A stretch of 64,000 nt of DNA, from positions 310,001-374,000 of the forward strand of contig ML996700.1 of assembly GCA_010356995.1 (NCBI GenBank). The letters are read 5' to 3'. Every line of letters starts with the position of its first letter. The first letter of the stretch is position 1. Under the pieces are notes generated by a model that was not told the DNA's origin, did not search any database, and saw only the letters and a list, made by a program, of their open reading frames with translations. The DNA comes from Trichodelitschia bisporula (Eukaryota). This document shows, one piece after another, positions 48,908 through 61,150 of this stretch. Both the position numbers and the translations under genes were made by a program.

Positions 48908-50300
48908 CTAAACCCATCCCTTGTTCTGCTGCGGCCTCGCTCCTTGCGGCTCATAGTCTCCCCTTGAGCGCGGTTGAATGGGTGAAGGCGGCATTGGCGC
49001 AGGGACGTTATGTGTTCTCGTGACTTCCACCTCCTCCACGGAGTATATCCCGGCGTGGTTTGTCGCATGCTCCGTAAGCTCAACGTCGCTGGCCATTTCG
49101 TCGCCATGATGGGGCCGAGCAAACTTTTCGTTTCTCCGCCAGCGCTCCTGCTGTGACGCACGGGAGCCGCGCGAACCGAAAGATTGGGGCTTCTTGTTCG
49201 ATTTGTTCGATTTTTGAGGGGAATGCGACGAGGCCCAGGTGCGAGATATTGGCTCGTCGGAGTGGTCCGGGCTGGATGAATGCATGATACGGCGAGATTT
49301 GCGGAGAAGAGGCCGTAAGGACGGGAGAGATGACACCATTAGGGCCGTGCACATTTCGGCCATACTCCATACATCTGGGCTCATTAGTCTCTGTGCAGCT
49401 CTTAAACAGGACAGCTTACATAGCGGCAAGAAATCACTGCTTAAGAAAGCAGCACATCGCCCAATGCTCACGGCGATCGTGATTGCGCCTAGTCCAAACG
49501 TGACGCAGAGTCCGATAAGTTGACGCTTTGAAAGGGAAAGAGTAGCCAAAAGGGGGAATGGCAGCACAAAGACTGTAAAGTCAGGAGATGTCCGAGGCAG
49601 GCCAACCTACTTACTGAGGAGATCGGTCGAGATGTTCATAGCAAAGCTGATTTTGAACAAACGGTGGTCATATACGCTGCAAGCCTTCCGCGACGGATTT
49701 TTGGATGGTGCCCAGTTCCGTGATACGTTCGGACCACACCAGAACACGGCGAGAAACACGGCCACGAAATAGCAACATGCGCAGTATACCATCACAATTC
49801 GACAGGCTTTGCGGAGCTTGGGGAGAGATCCAGGGAATAGCTTTGCGTAGAAGGCGAGGATGCTGAATTTGGTGCAGTATATCCCTGTGGCATAGAGAGG
49901 GACTGTGGTGTATGCCAGCTGCTCGGGTCAGAACCGCCCTGGATACTCAAGGCTGCAGTTACCTTTCTGATGGCAGGAGTCGGTAAAGAACCTTCAATCA
50001 TGGCCCCCATTCCGTATTCTACGGAGAAGAGTATCATCACACACAGCGCAGCCAGCGCACCGACGCAGAGGAAAAGGTCGGATACGGTGAGGGCTTGTTT
50101 GAGGTGCAAAAGTCTGAACCATAATCGTACTCCGACTAGTATATACGCCTGTCAACCGTGAGTACAAGTCCAAGTGCACAGTGTTTCGACCATACGCAGC
50201 CTATCAAGATCCAGTCCGCCACCTAAACATGTAAGCAGTGGATCGTGTGAATGGAGCAGAGACTAACGATGACGGACTGGCCCGTAAGGTACGACACCAT
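48908..50300 (-). CDS. PTH11-like (fungal rhodopsin-domain) multi-pass membrane protein without CFEM, 6 exons
   Basis: ATG 50300. Introns 50223-50267, 50149-50195, 49919-49962, 49573-49614 and 49375-49419 keep the frame. Motifs VRLWFR..SDLF, TKFSILAFY, VFWCGP, NISTDLLIFVLPFP, FGLG..SIGR and WSMAE..SLPSLRPL. Confidence 0.9.
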
Positions 50301-51638
50301 CCCAGCCGTTGTAGGAGGTGTAGATTCGCCGAAGACTAAGTGTTGTGGAAGGCGTACGATTTCATTATAGGCAAAGAGCAAGAGCACGAGCAGAAGCACG
50401 AGCAAGGCAGTGGACGGGCAACAACAGGTTACATAGTACGGAAAAGCAGGCCGGGTAAGTAGGCTTAAAGTAAGATCAACATACTATGGCAGCATTTCTG
50501 GGTATGGATCGAGGCGGGAAATGCTTTCTGCGCCGCACGGATCCCAGCTCAACAGGGTAACCTACTGCTGCGGGCATCGTAGAAGGCTAAATTCAAGGAT
50601 CATTCCGGCGGATACGCAAGGCTCTCATTTAGTGTCCGTAAGCACCTTGCGGGGAGAGACTTGTCGCGTGGCGGCAGGGCCCGTGAGGAGACTTGGATCA
50701 AGGGAGATTGGAGTATATTGACCATATCGAACAGCCTCGCTGTGATTGGGGGGCGGTGACTTCGCCTTCTTGGATCCAGTCCGTGCCACTCTGGCCTGTA
50801 GTAATCAGGACATTTACACAGACATATGATCCGAGGGCCAGAGTCCCGCATATTGCGGCGGGTTCGGCCGGGTTAGGAGTGAGGGGAAGTGGAGATGTGG
50901 GGAAAGATGAAGGGGAAAGCTTTCAGACTGGGTGATAGCAGACTGCAAGAGCCTGGATAAGGTTACGAGAGGCAAAAGAGGATGAAACCCCAGATAGCCA
51001 GGCAGATGTCTCGAAGCATAGTAGAGCGATAATAGACTCCATTAATGGTTGGATGGCACTTAAACGGGCTCGCCGACGAGTGTATGAAGTGTCCTGGCAG
51101 GGGCCGGGGGAATGTCGAGATACAGAAGCCAGGTACCTAGCATTATGCGGGGAATACAAGGATAAAGGCGGTTGAGGAAGAGGCAAAAGGTCCCCAAGGC
51201 AAGTATCAGCCTCGTGATGGGACGTTGAAAGAGGAGGAGGGGGGGGAGTGATGTGTGGTGGGATGGTGTGGGAGGGTGGTGAGGTGGAGAGGTTGGCTGA
51301 AGAGAGAAGGTCGGGACCTGGAGATCTTCCTTGTGGCGTCTGCTTCAGCCACCCGGATGAACATCGGTAGGGCTTCTCGAGCCCTCATTGCTCGCTTCCG
51401 CCTTCCGACTTTTGAACCTGCCACCCTGCGAGTACCGTACTTGCATCCCATCCTGCGCTACCTTTTGCCTTTACATAGCCCCAAACCAGACTTGCAACGT
51501 CGTCATCTTAACCCATCTGTCTTCTGCCACCGGATTCGTCCGCCCAAATCATCTCTTCCATAGATAGTCCAGTCCCTTTCACCCCCGCATCAAACCGCCC
51601 CCGCGTCAACCCCCCACCCCCATGCGAAGCGAAGAGAA

Positions 51639-53165
51639 ATGGCCCCGCGATCAGCCAAGGCGGCGAGCACAGCTGGGGTCAAGAACCAGACTCTCGTGAT
51701 AGACAATGGAGCGTTCACCATCAAGGCTGGTGTGGTTGCGTCTAGCCCGACCATTGAAGATTGCAAGGTAATCCCAAACTGCATTGCCAAAGACAGTGTC
51801 AAGAAGGTCTGGGTCGGCTCTCAGCTCGATCAATGCAAGGATTTTGGCGAAATGGCGTTTCGGCGCCCAGTGGAAAAGGGATATCTGGTGAACTGGGAAG
51901 CCGAGAGGGCTATCTGGGGCCACTCATTTCTCGCTGAAAATGCTGTCGCCAAGGTATGTGTATTGCCTATACGCGTATCATTGCGGCTCTGGGCTTACAT
52001 GTCTGTCATAGTGCGATCCACACGAAACGAATCTGCTGCTCACAGAGGCTCCCAATTGCCCTCAAGCCCTCCAAACTAACACGGATCAAATCATTTTCGA
52101 GGAGTTTGAATATGCCTCTTACTGTCGGACCTTAGGTTTGTGCCTTCTAATCCCGCAAACTCGCATATTGACGGCGTTGCAGCTCCTACGCTTAATGCAT
52201 ACAACGATATCCCATCGCTGTTTGGAGGCCCGTCTAGCGGGGATAGCTCACAGGGGCCAGCCGAATGTCTTCTTGTCGTGGATTCTGGATATTCCCACAC
52301 CACCGTCACGCCACTGATCAATGGTCATCCAGTTCAACAAGCCATTCGCCGCCTAGATATTGGGGGCAAATTTCTCACCAACTACCTTAAGGAGCAACTT
52401 TCCATCCGTGCATTCTATGCCATGGATGAGACATGGATTGTGAACGAGATCAAAGAGGCGACGTCTTTCGTGAGCGACAATTTCTCTCGGGACCTCGAGC
52501 GAACGTGGAAAGGGGGCAAAACTGACCGTCGCAGCATGGATCCTAGCTTGCTGGTCGACTACGTGCTGCCAGATTTTGAAAGTACCTTTCGAGGTGTTGT
52601 GAGGCCTTATGACCATACAACTCCAAAAATGAACTCGCGGGCTCCAGTAACGTCGGCTTCCCGGGACAAGATAGTGACTCTAGGTAACGAACGGTTCGCC
52701 GCCCCGGAGCTCCTCTTCAATCCATCCGATGTAGGGATGAAGGAAGCAGGCCTGCCTGCGGTAATCATTGAGAGCGTGAATGCTCTGCCGCTGGGACTTC
52801 GCCCCTCCATGTTCGCCAATACCATTGTCGTTGGCGGCAACGCTTTGATACCCGGATTTTTAGAGAGACTGTAAGTTAAAGCTCGGGTCATCCTTCGCTG
52901 CTAATTGTGCCCAGAAGGCGAGAGGTGAGAGAACTTACGCCCAGCGAATATGATGTTAGAATCGCGAGTCCAGAAGAGTATGTTGCCTCAAAATACTGAG
53001 CCGCATCAATTAATTGCAAGTAGTCCAATTCGCTCAACATGGCTTGGAGGCGCGCGCCTGGCGGCACAGCACCAAAATCTGGCCAATATTCTCGTTACCC
53101 GTAAGGAATACCTTGAGCATGGCGCCAGCTGGCTCCTGCGGCGGTTTGCGACGCACGGTCCGTGA
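51639..53165 (+). CDS. ARP6: Actin-related protein 6 (SWR1 complex), 5 exons
   Basis: Motifs LVIDNGAFTIKAG, PNCIAKD, FRRPVEKGYLVNW, LVVDSGYSHT, DYVLPD, LGNERFAAPELLFNPSD and STWLGG. Introns at about 51954-52010, 52136-52182, 52871-52914 and 52978-53023. Confidence 0.95.
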
Positions 53166-56100
53166 TGTATAGCCATATTAACCCTGGGCTTATCCGCGCT
53201 GTGCCGTACCGAGCACCTCACAACCGAGCTTCTGTTTGCTGTGTAAGTGCACACCTTGGTCAATGCTCGGCAGAACTGTCCTGACGGCTGTCGTTCACCT
53301 CCGGTGAAGGGGTTCCCCAGATATTTTGCGACTGGGAAATTTGTCGATCGGATTCCACCTCCGCGATAAAAACGGCCTGGCTCGGCCGCGCCGGAAGGCG
53401 TTCATGTGGACTTCCACCATGTGCTGTGCCAAATCGGGGATGGCGCTGCTGGCTTCTTGGATCACTACCCACACTGAAGCCGTAAAACGGGGTCATCATA
53501 CGGTGCGCATGTACCTAGGCGCACACTGCGCGAATATACAGGCCCAACTTCAGTGCACCCTGGGCTGGAGGTCTTCGACCCGAGTTGTCCACGCCTCACG
53601 ATCTTTCGGCATGCGCCTCATCTCGGCTCGGACAATAGACATCCGATCAACCCCTCTCAGTGTGAAAGCACTATCGGGGGTACCGAGGTAAGCGAAAGCA
53701 GATGGGGCTTTTGGATGCTTCCGCTGGGCCTCTCAAGCCAATGGGGTTATCCCAAAAGCGTTACTGCGCAGCATCACACAGCGTCGCCGGCTCGACCGGT
53801 CAGAAGCTGTGACTCCAAGAGAAGGGCTCCAATGCCCTTGATCAATACTTTCAGCTGAATGGCCAGAAGGTCCTATCAGCTCCTGGGTAGACCTGATACC
53901 GTACCGTGTGGACAACCCAGATAGGAATGCGAAGTGGGGCTTCGCCATTCATCTCTCACGACCCGAATGAACTCTCTGCGAGACTAACTGGCCGGTATCT
54001 GAGATTCTACATTCTGTGAGCAAAGAGGATATCGTCCTGCGACATAATATGGCAAGATATTCGGTTTTTCTGAGTTTGTCTCAACTTTTGATTGGGGGCT
54101 TCTGCGGGTCAGCCGTCCAACAACGGCCAGCCAAAAGTGCAGTGAGCATTAGTGATCGCCAGGGGAGCGGTATATTCGGATAATAGTCCATTTTAGCTAT
54201 CCCAACACCTATTTCACATGCTCAAAGATAGGCTCGGAAAGGGTTCCGATGGGTGACGCCGATGGCAGGTGGTTCAGTTCCATTCCCGATCAGTACTCAT
54301 GCAGCAAACCATTTCTATGCACACCAAGTTTATTCCTGAAAGCCATCGGACAAACTGCAGGAGAGATTGGGAACACTTCACACCACCTCTTTACGTAGTC
54401 GGGAGAGCACGAACGGTGGAACCAGAAGCGACGCGAGCTCCGAAGCTTGACCCCTCAACTCAAAAGCTTGTGTGACTTGGCTTTGGCGGGTGGCTTGCAT
54501 TCCCCGCAAATCGCTCAAAGATAAGCACTGGCGGCGCCAATTAGCGTCTTGGAAGCGCTAGTCATCCGCTCCGATTTGGTAACGGGGAATGCATCCATTA
54601 CGACGTTGAGCGGTGACACGAGCGACATGTGGCTCACAGCCCGGGGTCGCGTGCATGCCAGGGCGCTGCTGATGCATTTTACCAACCTTCCCCGCTCTTC
54701 TTTCGCGGCAACATCAGTTCAACAGTCTTCGCTTCGTCCTACCCTCCGAAACGCCGAAATCGCTTATGGACTTCGATCACGATCGTCTGTCGACTGAAAC
54801 ATTTGTTTGGAGGATCTCCACCGACAGCGAGCGCACGCTCGTGCAAGGCCAGGTGCCGGCGGTGAAGCTGAGGCGGGTGTCGTGCGGCATCGGAGGGGCA
54901 GGGAACTACCGTAAGCGCTTCTAATACACCTGGGAGCGGCAGATTTAGTAAATGCTAACTTGCTTAAGATTGTCCTGGCCAATATCCGTACGGCAGGGAG
55001 CGCGTGGGGAATGTGAACTTCATTCAACGAGCCTTCAGGCGGTTATCTTTAGCGTTGAGGGCGCGGGAGGGCGGCGAGTCTTGACATTCAACAATGCGCT
55101 TTCCTTGAGGGGGTCTTTTGCGGTCCCGGGCTCGTCTCTTCAAGTGGTTCTTCCTTCTACGTAATCCAGGATTGGCCTTTTCATGGGTCAGATGATACCC
55201 TAATACAATATCGCGCCGCACCGCCACTTGACCTCACTCCGGTGACATCTGGAGGAGCTTAGCGGCATTCGATCTACTGATGCCCCACTGAATGCCTATC
55301 ATCGTGAGGATGGCCACTGTAAAGATATCCGATAAGCGTTTCAGTTGATGAGACACGCTGGGACACAATAGTGAGAACTCGGTGGGTGAATATGGCTGCG
55401 ATTCTTAATGGTAACTGCATTTTCGAGGTCCAAGGATGACTACAGGTAAGCCGACGCCCATCGAAATCTGACCGACTTCGGATGTCTGTATGGCCCGTTG
55501 AACTAATTTGCGCCACAGGCTGACATCGCAACTTACTGATGCTACCTTTTATCATCAACCTCACCGTGTCCCAGGAATGCGGTCCCCAGCAGCATTTGCA
55601 TGGAAAGTCCTCCGACTTCAAATAAATACGGCAAACTGGTGCCGGTAGTAGATGAGTTAGTGTTAGCCGAGCCGTATCGCGCCATAACCGAGGGCAACCC
55701 AAATTCAACCCTTCGGCGCTTCGGCGCATCGGCAAGCATATCGGAAATCGGCACATCGGCTCCAAGGTTCGGCGGCCGATAGTCGACGAAGATTTGTGAT
55801 CCAAGTGAGAGTTGGCACAGCGGTCAATGAATACGGTGCCGGGCATATCGGGCTCGGCTCTGCGGCGGCATCTCGGTACGACGCTGATGCGCCACCGTGA
55901 GCCGGTTAAATGACAACCTATTGACGACGTGAGCTCGCGATGTGCATTGCTGAGATAGCTCTAGTCTTACTCAGAACATGAGATAGCCAAAAAAATGGTG
56001 GAGACCGCGAAAAACCTCACTATATGTTGACCGCTGCGTCGCTAGGCCTAAAAAATAGCAAAGAATGTGGATTAGCAGCGGAGACGCTAATGGCAAAACG

Positions 56101-59100
56101 GTGAACCGAGGGATGAGTCTTTTGAATATCCCGCTCCAGCACCGAAGCAACTCCGCGCTCAAGATCTCGACCTGCTGTATTTGACCGTCTTTTCACCATA
56201 GCGTAACTTTCAAGCTGCCATGAAGCTATGGCCAAACAGCGGCAGCAGCTCCCTATGTTGCGGATCTGGATCCGCCTGTCCCTAAGTAGTCACATGGTGA
56301 CGCAAAAACCATATCGAAAGCGAGTCGTGCGCTTGGCGACGCGCGATTCTGAGTCTAAATTTAGCTCCCCTCACCCACGGCGGAAGTCCTACCGTAGTAC
56401 CGGTAGAGAAACTTTTCGCTTGTTAGTTCCCGCTTCATGATTGTTACCTGCTTGCCGGCGAATTGTCGGTTCTTCTCAAGGGTCCCGATTCATTAGAACC
56501 GAGGGCCGACCATTGAAGAAAAATATGTAGCCAGAGGCATATCCGGATGTGTCAACGAACCGAGCAACCAATTTCTCGGCGTTGAAGTTCCCGCTCAAGG
56601 ATGGAGAGGATGGGCCCGGCAACAATAAATCCACCCTCCGAACTCGGCGCACCCGAAATTGCGTCTCGTCTACCTCGAACCCGTGAGCTGAGTGTCCAAC
56701 AGCAAAAGCACTTACACGGTCGAGTACGTACCACATCCCTCCCTCGAAAACTCCTAGAATAGAAACCGCGATGTGCAGACCCAGCAACCCCATCGCCCGT
56801 GCAACGTCCCGTTCTACGGCCCCACATCAACGGCTACTACCGTACCGGTACACCCCCTACCAGTAGACGCATCCATCCGACCGACCAGACGCCGCGGAAA
56901 AAGCCATCACAAAGCCATCACAAAGCCCTCGTGAATCCTCCTTGCTTGCCGACCCCACATCAGCGGTGCGAGTCTCGCCAGACGCGGTAACCGCAATGCT
57001 ATCAGTGCAGTGCCGCTGCAGTGCCGCTGCAGCGCCCGCACCGCTGCCGTAAGGCGTCTTCAGCTCTGCTTGGGCTTACCTGATCCGGGGATCTTGGCGT
57101 AGGGCTGACATGGAAGCTGCGTGGAAGCTGCGCAGGGCCAATCATTGAGCGCCGAGCTGGTGCACGTACCACTTGATGCGGCATGCAGGGCTGAGGGGCT
57201 GGTTGCGGTGCGTAGGGCGTGGATGGTGATTTGCGATACCGGATGCGGGGCGAGGATACGCAGTTGAAGCTTCGACGTCTGTGGAATGGCGGGGCGCATG
57301 CAGAGCGCCAAGGAGAAGGTGTACACTTTGAGGGAAATACGAGCGAAGTACGAGCGAGGCTGGAGGCTACGAGGTATATGCTTAGTATGGAGGTGAGGAA
57401 TGCCGCGCGCAATTTGCGCTGGCTGTCTGTGTCGATACACATCGCGCAAGCGACTGCAACGAAATGCACTGCAACTCAGAGCAGCAATGCAAGTGCATCA
57501 CCAACGCCTTGACTACATCACAACGACATCGCAACCCCTCCTTTATCGCAGACGCGCAATCCGGCAGAAAGGTGCGCCTTGATAGGTAAATCGACAGGCT
57601 TGGGCATGACGTTAGGAAAGACGTCGGTGATTTGCCCCCTCAGAGCTCTGCTCGACGTCTCTGTCAGCAACCTTCCAAGTGACGTGGATTTGCAGGGCTG
57701 GGGATTGGCTCTGGAGTTATCAGTCAGCTACCACCCCCATAACGCCGAGCTCCTTGTAACCCTGTAGGGCTGATCAGGGATTCCCGTGCGAGGACGAGCG
57801 ATGGCAGACATGCCGCATTGCCGAACGAAGAGGGGTTGGGCGCATGGAAGGCATAGAAGGGACCTTCTGTGCAGGGAGCATACACCGGATGCAGTGTCCT
57901 TCCAAATCACCCCGATGAAGGGCTGAGACCATGGCGCCATGCAATGTTTTTGTCAGGTGGCAGGTGTCTGGAACCTGTCACCGTGACGAGGCTATGAAAT
58001 GCGGGGTGGTGAGCGTGTTTGGAAATGCCCCACGGGAGTGCCCCATGGCACAACAGTGCGACATCATGGTGCACAATCCCCACGTGCATCTAATCAGCGT
58101 GCGACATGGCCAACAGCGGAAGCCTGGCCGTTTTATCAAGGCATTCGCAGGGTCGTGGGATTGCTAATCCAGTGCAGTGAGACATGCAGATCGCAAGCCA
58201 TTATATCAGCAGAAAGCGATCAGATAATGATGTGCCAGAACCCGATGATAGGTGCGAGGTGCATAGGGCAGAATGGATTACAAGTCCAAAAGCGTGTGCA
58301 TATTGCAACTGCTGCTGCTGCTCCTGCTGCAGTGTCTTAAGAATGGAAAGAGGGGTTGATCATGAGGGCAGAGTCAACACACGGCGAGCAGCAGGAGTAC
58401 CGTAGTTATCGAGCAGCAGGGCCGTGATCGCACAAGTGTCCTCTGAAGGGTTGTTGAGACAACGACTGCACGGATGATCTTTAGACGAGCCACGTTGCGC
58501 TGAAAGCATCAGGGTACAAAGAAACAAAATCTAAGGTGCTGTCCGGTCTCTCAACAAAGCTGTAATTGTCACCATGGAAACAACGGACGAATTTGAGAGT
58601 GCAACGGGCTGTGCAGTGGGCACTGATTTCCTCGTTAGCGACGTACGCCCTGCCAAAGCGGCGGGGTACTCAGCAAATACATGTACGGCGTGCCCGAGAA
58701 GCCTGACAACAGAGGGTCCGACCCCGTATCCAGGCGCTGGACGGCCTCTAGGCAGTGGCTTGTATTGATGCTAGAAATTGCTGGCGACAGTGATGCTGCG
58801 AAGCGAGTTCAGGCAGCCAGAAAAAACACGTCAGGATTGGCCAGCTCGCAACTCTCAACCCCACCTTTTCGCATGCTGTCCAATGTCGGCCACGTTTACG
58901 TCCACATCAGCGGTGTGGCCTTTACGAATTACACGGAGTATGGTGTACACACGAGGATGCCACTGCTGCGGCAAGCTGTTCGAGTGCGGGGATATTTGGA
59001 AAGTGCTGCCAACAGCAGTGCTTCACACACCGGCCAACTACAGAAGGGCGTAAGACTTGATTGACCAACTCGAAAAGCGGATGAACTGGATGAGCAATTT

Positions 59101-60337
59101 AGGAGTTCGTCCGAAGCGCCGCGGAGGAATCGACGGTTCTTCATCTAATCCGCTCAACTACTGTAAGGCCGCATCTTCGCCGTAGACCAGATCACGATTG
59201 AGTCAGGACAAGGGGTATCTCGTGCACTTCTTTGACGCATTCCGGGCTTTGCTGGAATTAAGCGGACTGGTTCGGGTGGAGGTAAGGCCAACTGGGAGTC
59301 CCCGCAGATAACAAATCCTACAGGCCCTGCTGTCTCCGAGGGGTACAGTAGGAAGACAACAGAGTGGCTTTCTTGTTGGTGGGCTCGGGCGCGCTGTGTA
59401 ATCAAGCAGGGCTGACCAATGTCCGAGGAGCCGGCATGTTTGCTCTGTACTGCTTGCGGCATGCGGGAGTAATGAGTGGTCTGCAGAGTCGGACAGTGAG
59501 AGAAGCCTGCGGGCAGCGGTGCGTCTGTTCGGCCAGCTCGGCCGCTCGGCGACAAGCACAACGAGCGGTGACGGGGGTGACAGCTGGAGGGATGTGTGGC
59601 TTTTTCCACTGACGAGCGGGGGGGTGAGTGGCAGGGGCACAGGGGTGCTGCTAGGCGATGCTCATGCAATGGAGTTTGGAGTGATGCCTTTCGCCGCGAC
59701 ATTTCTCGGACTCGGACATAGTAAACCCCCCATTACTAAATTATGTCATGCGAGCAGACACCGAGAGCGCCCGCATCTCCATTACGGAGCTTAGAGATCT
59801 TAGAATCGCCTATAACAATCCATCCATCCCCATGGCCTGAGATGCTGATTATCAACTGATTACACCCTACCAGCAACAGCTCTCAAACCTGTTCCATCTG
59901 CTACTAAAAAGTCCCCCTTCCCCCACCTTCCAACACACCAATAACCCCACCAACAACCCCACCAATCCACCATCAGACACAGTCTCATATTCCACTGGAT
60001 TGAAAGAAAGAGACACCACAACAGTCTTCAGCCTTCTCTCTCCTGCAGAAACAGCCTCTCGCCTCGCTTGTTCGGTTCATTCAAGCAGTCTCCACCGCAC
60101 AGCCTAGACCCATACCACCCAAGGCTCACCTACCCCCCTCACCCCCTTCCACCGCACCCACCCCAGGCACGACACCGCCCCGGGACCCTTGTGACGAACG
60201 CAATTGGCCCGTGCCAAAGCAACCGGTCTAGTCATAAACTCCCGCTCAGAACTTCAGAAGGCGCACAATATTGCAGCCTTGAGTCACCATCGATCACTCA
60301 CACCCTTTTTAACCGATCACACCTCCCTTTCTTCACA

Positions 60338-61150
60338 ATGCCTTCAAGACTTCAATCACAAATCTCCTTCGAGCCATTTTCGGCCACACCAATTCATCGC
60401 CGCACTCAGTCCCCGCCTTCTCCTCTCTCTACCGAGCCGACTCAGAAGCGTCAGAAGAAAATGTCGCTCACTCAAACCTACTACATCGCCTCGACGGCCC
60501 GCGGCAAGCTCAACAAGGAAGCTTCGCGCTCCGACTTCAACCTCCGCCTCCTCGTCGGCCACGCCAACCTCCTCGACGCATTGACGCTTGAGCTCGCCGA
60601 CGCTGAGCGGGAACAGGAAGCCTGGTTCCACAAGCAGGTCCACAGTGCCGAAGAGAAGGAGCCTCGTCGGGTGCAATGGATCGACCGCCTCGCCGAGGTG
60701 TCGGAGGAGGATGAGGACTCGGCCTCCGAGGCCTCGGACAGCGATTCCGACTGCAGCGACGACGACTACGAGATTGCCATCCCCTTGACCCGCATCCGCA
60801 GCCCACCAGTCCGCGTGTCATCGCGCGAGGTCGAGGAGGATTCGGAGGAGGACTACGATACCGAAAGCGACGACGAAGACTACTATGACGAGGATGTACA
60901 CGCTCCCGAGCTCGCTCTTGTTCGGACCGTTTCCCAATTGCAATCACCTCCCGAGCTTCTTGTCGACGACTCCGAGTCGGATGACGAGACCCTGCCGCAG
61001 TCTCCTCCTCAATCCAATCTCGACCTCACACTCTTCGACGAGAAGTCACAAATGGTGCTTCTGGAAGAGGAGGACGAGAGCGCGCGCGATCTGTTGATAC
61101 GGGAAAGCTACTATTTGCCCAGGAATGCGCCAATGATATCAGCTTGCTGA
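60338..61150 (+). CDS. ECM13/YJR115W-like acidic protein (alternative start 60461), single exon
   Basis: Motif MSLTQTYYIASTARGKLNKEASRSDFNLRLLVGHANLLDAL, followed by D/E-rich tracts and PEL motifs. First ATG 60338. Confidence 0.82.
   Translation: MPSRLQSQISFEPFSATPIHRRTQSPPSPLSTEPTQKRQKKMSLTQTYYIASTARGKLNKEASRSDFNLRLLVGHANLLDALTLELADAEREQEAWFHKQVHSAEEKEPRRVQWIDRLAEVSEEDEDSASEASDSDSDCSDDDYEIAIPLTRIRSPPVRVSSREVEEDSEEDYDTESDDEDYYDEDVHAPELALVRTVSQLQSPPELLVDDSESDDETLPQSPPQSNLDLTLFDEKSQMVLLEEEDESARDLLIRESYYLPRNAPMISAC

Noticed and set aside
53990..54060. gccggtatctgagattctac resembles the 5' part of fungal TPP riboswitches
   Set aside because: The downstream core (CTTGAT...GATAATACCAGCG) is missing and no thiamine gene is nearby.
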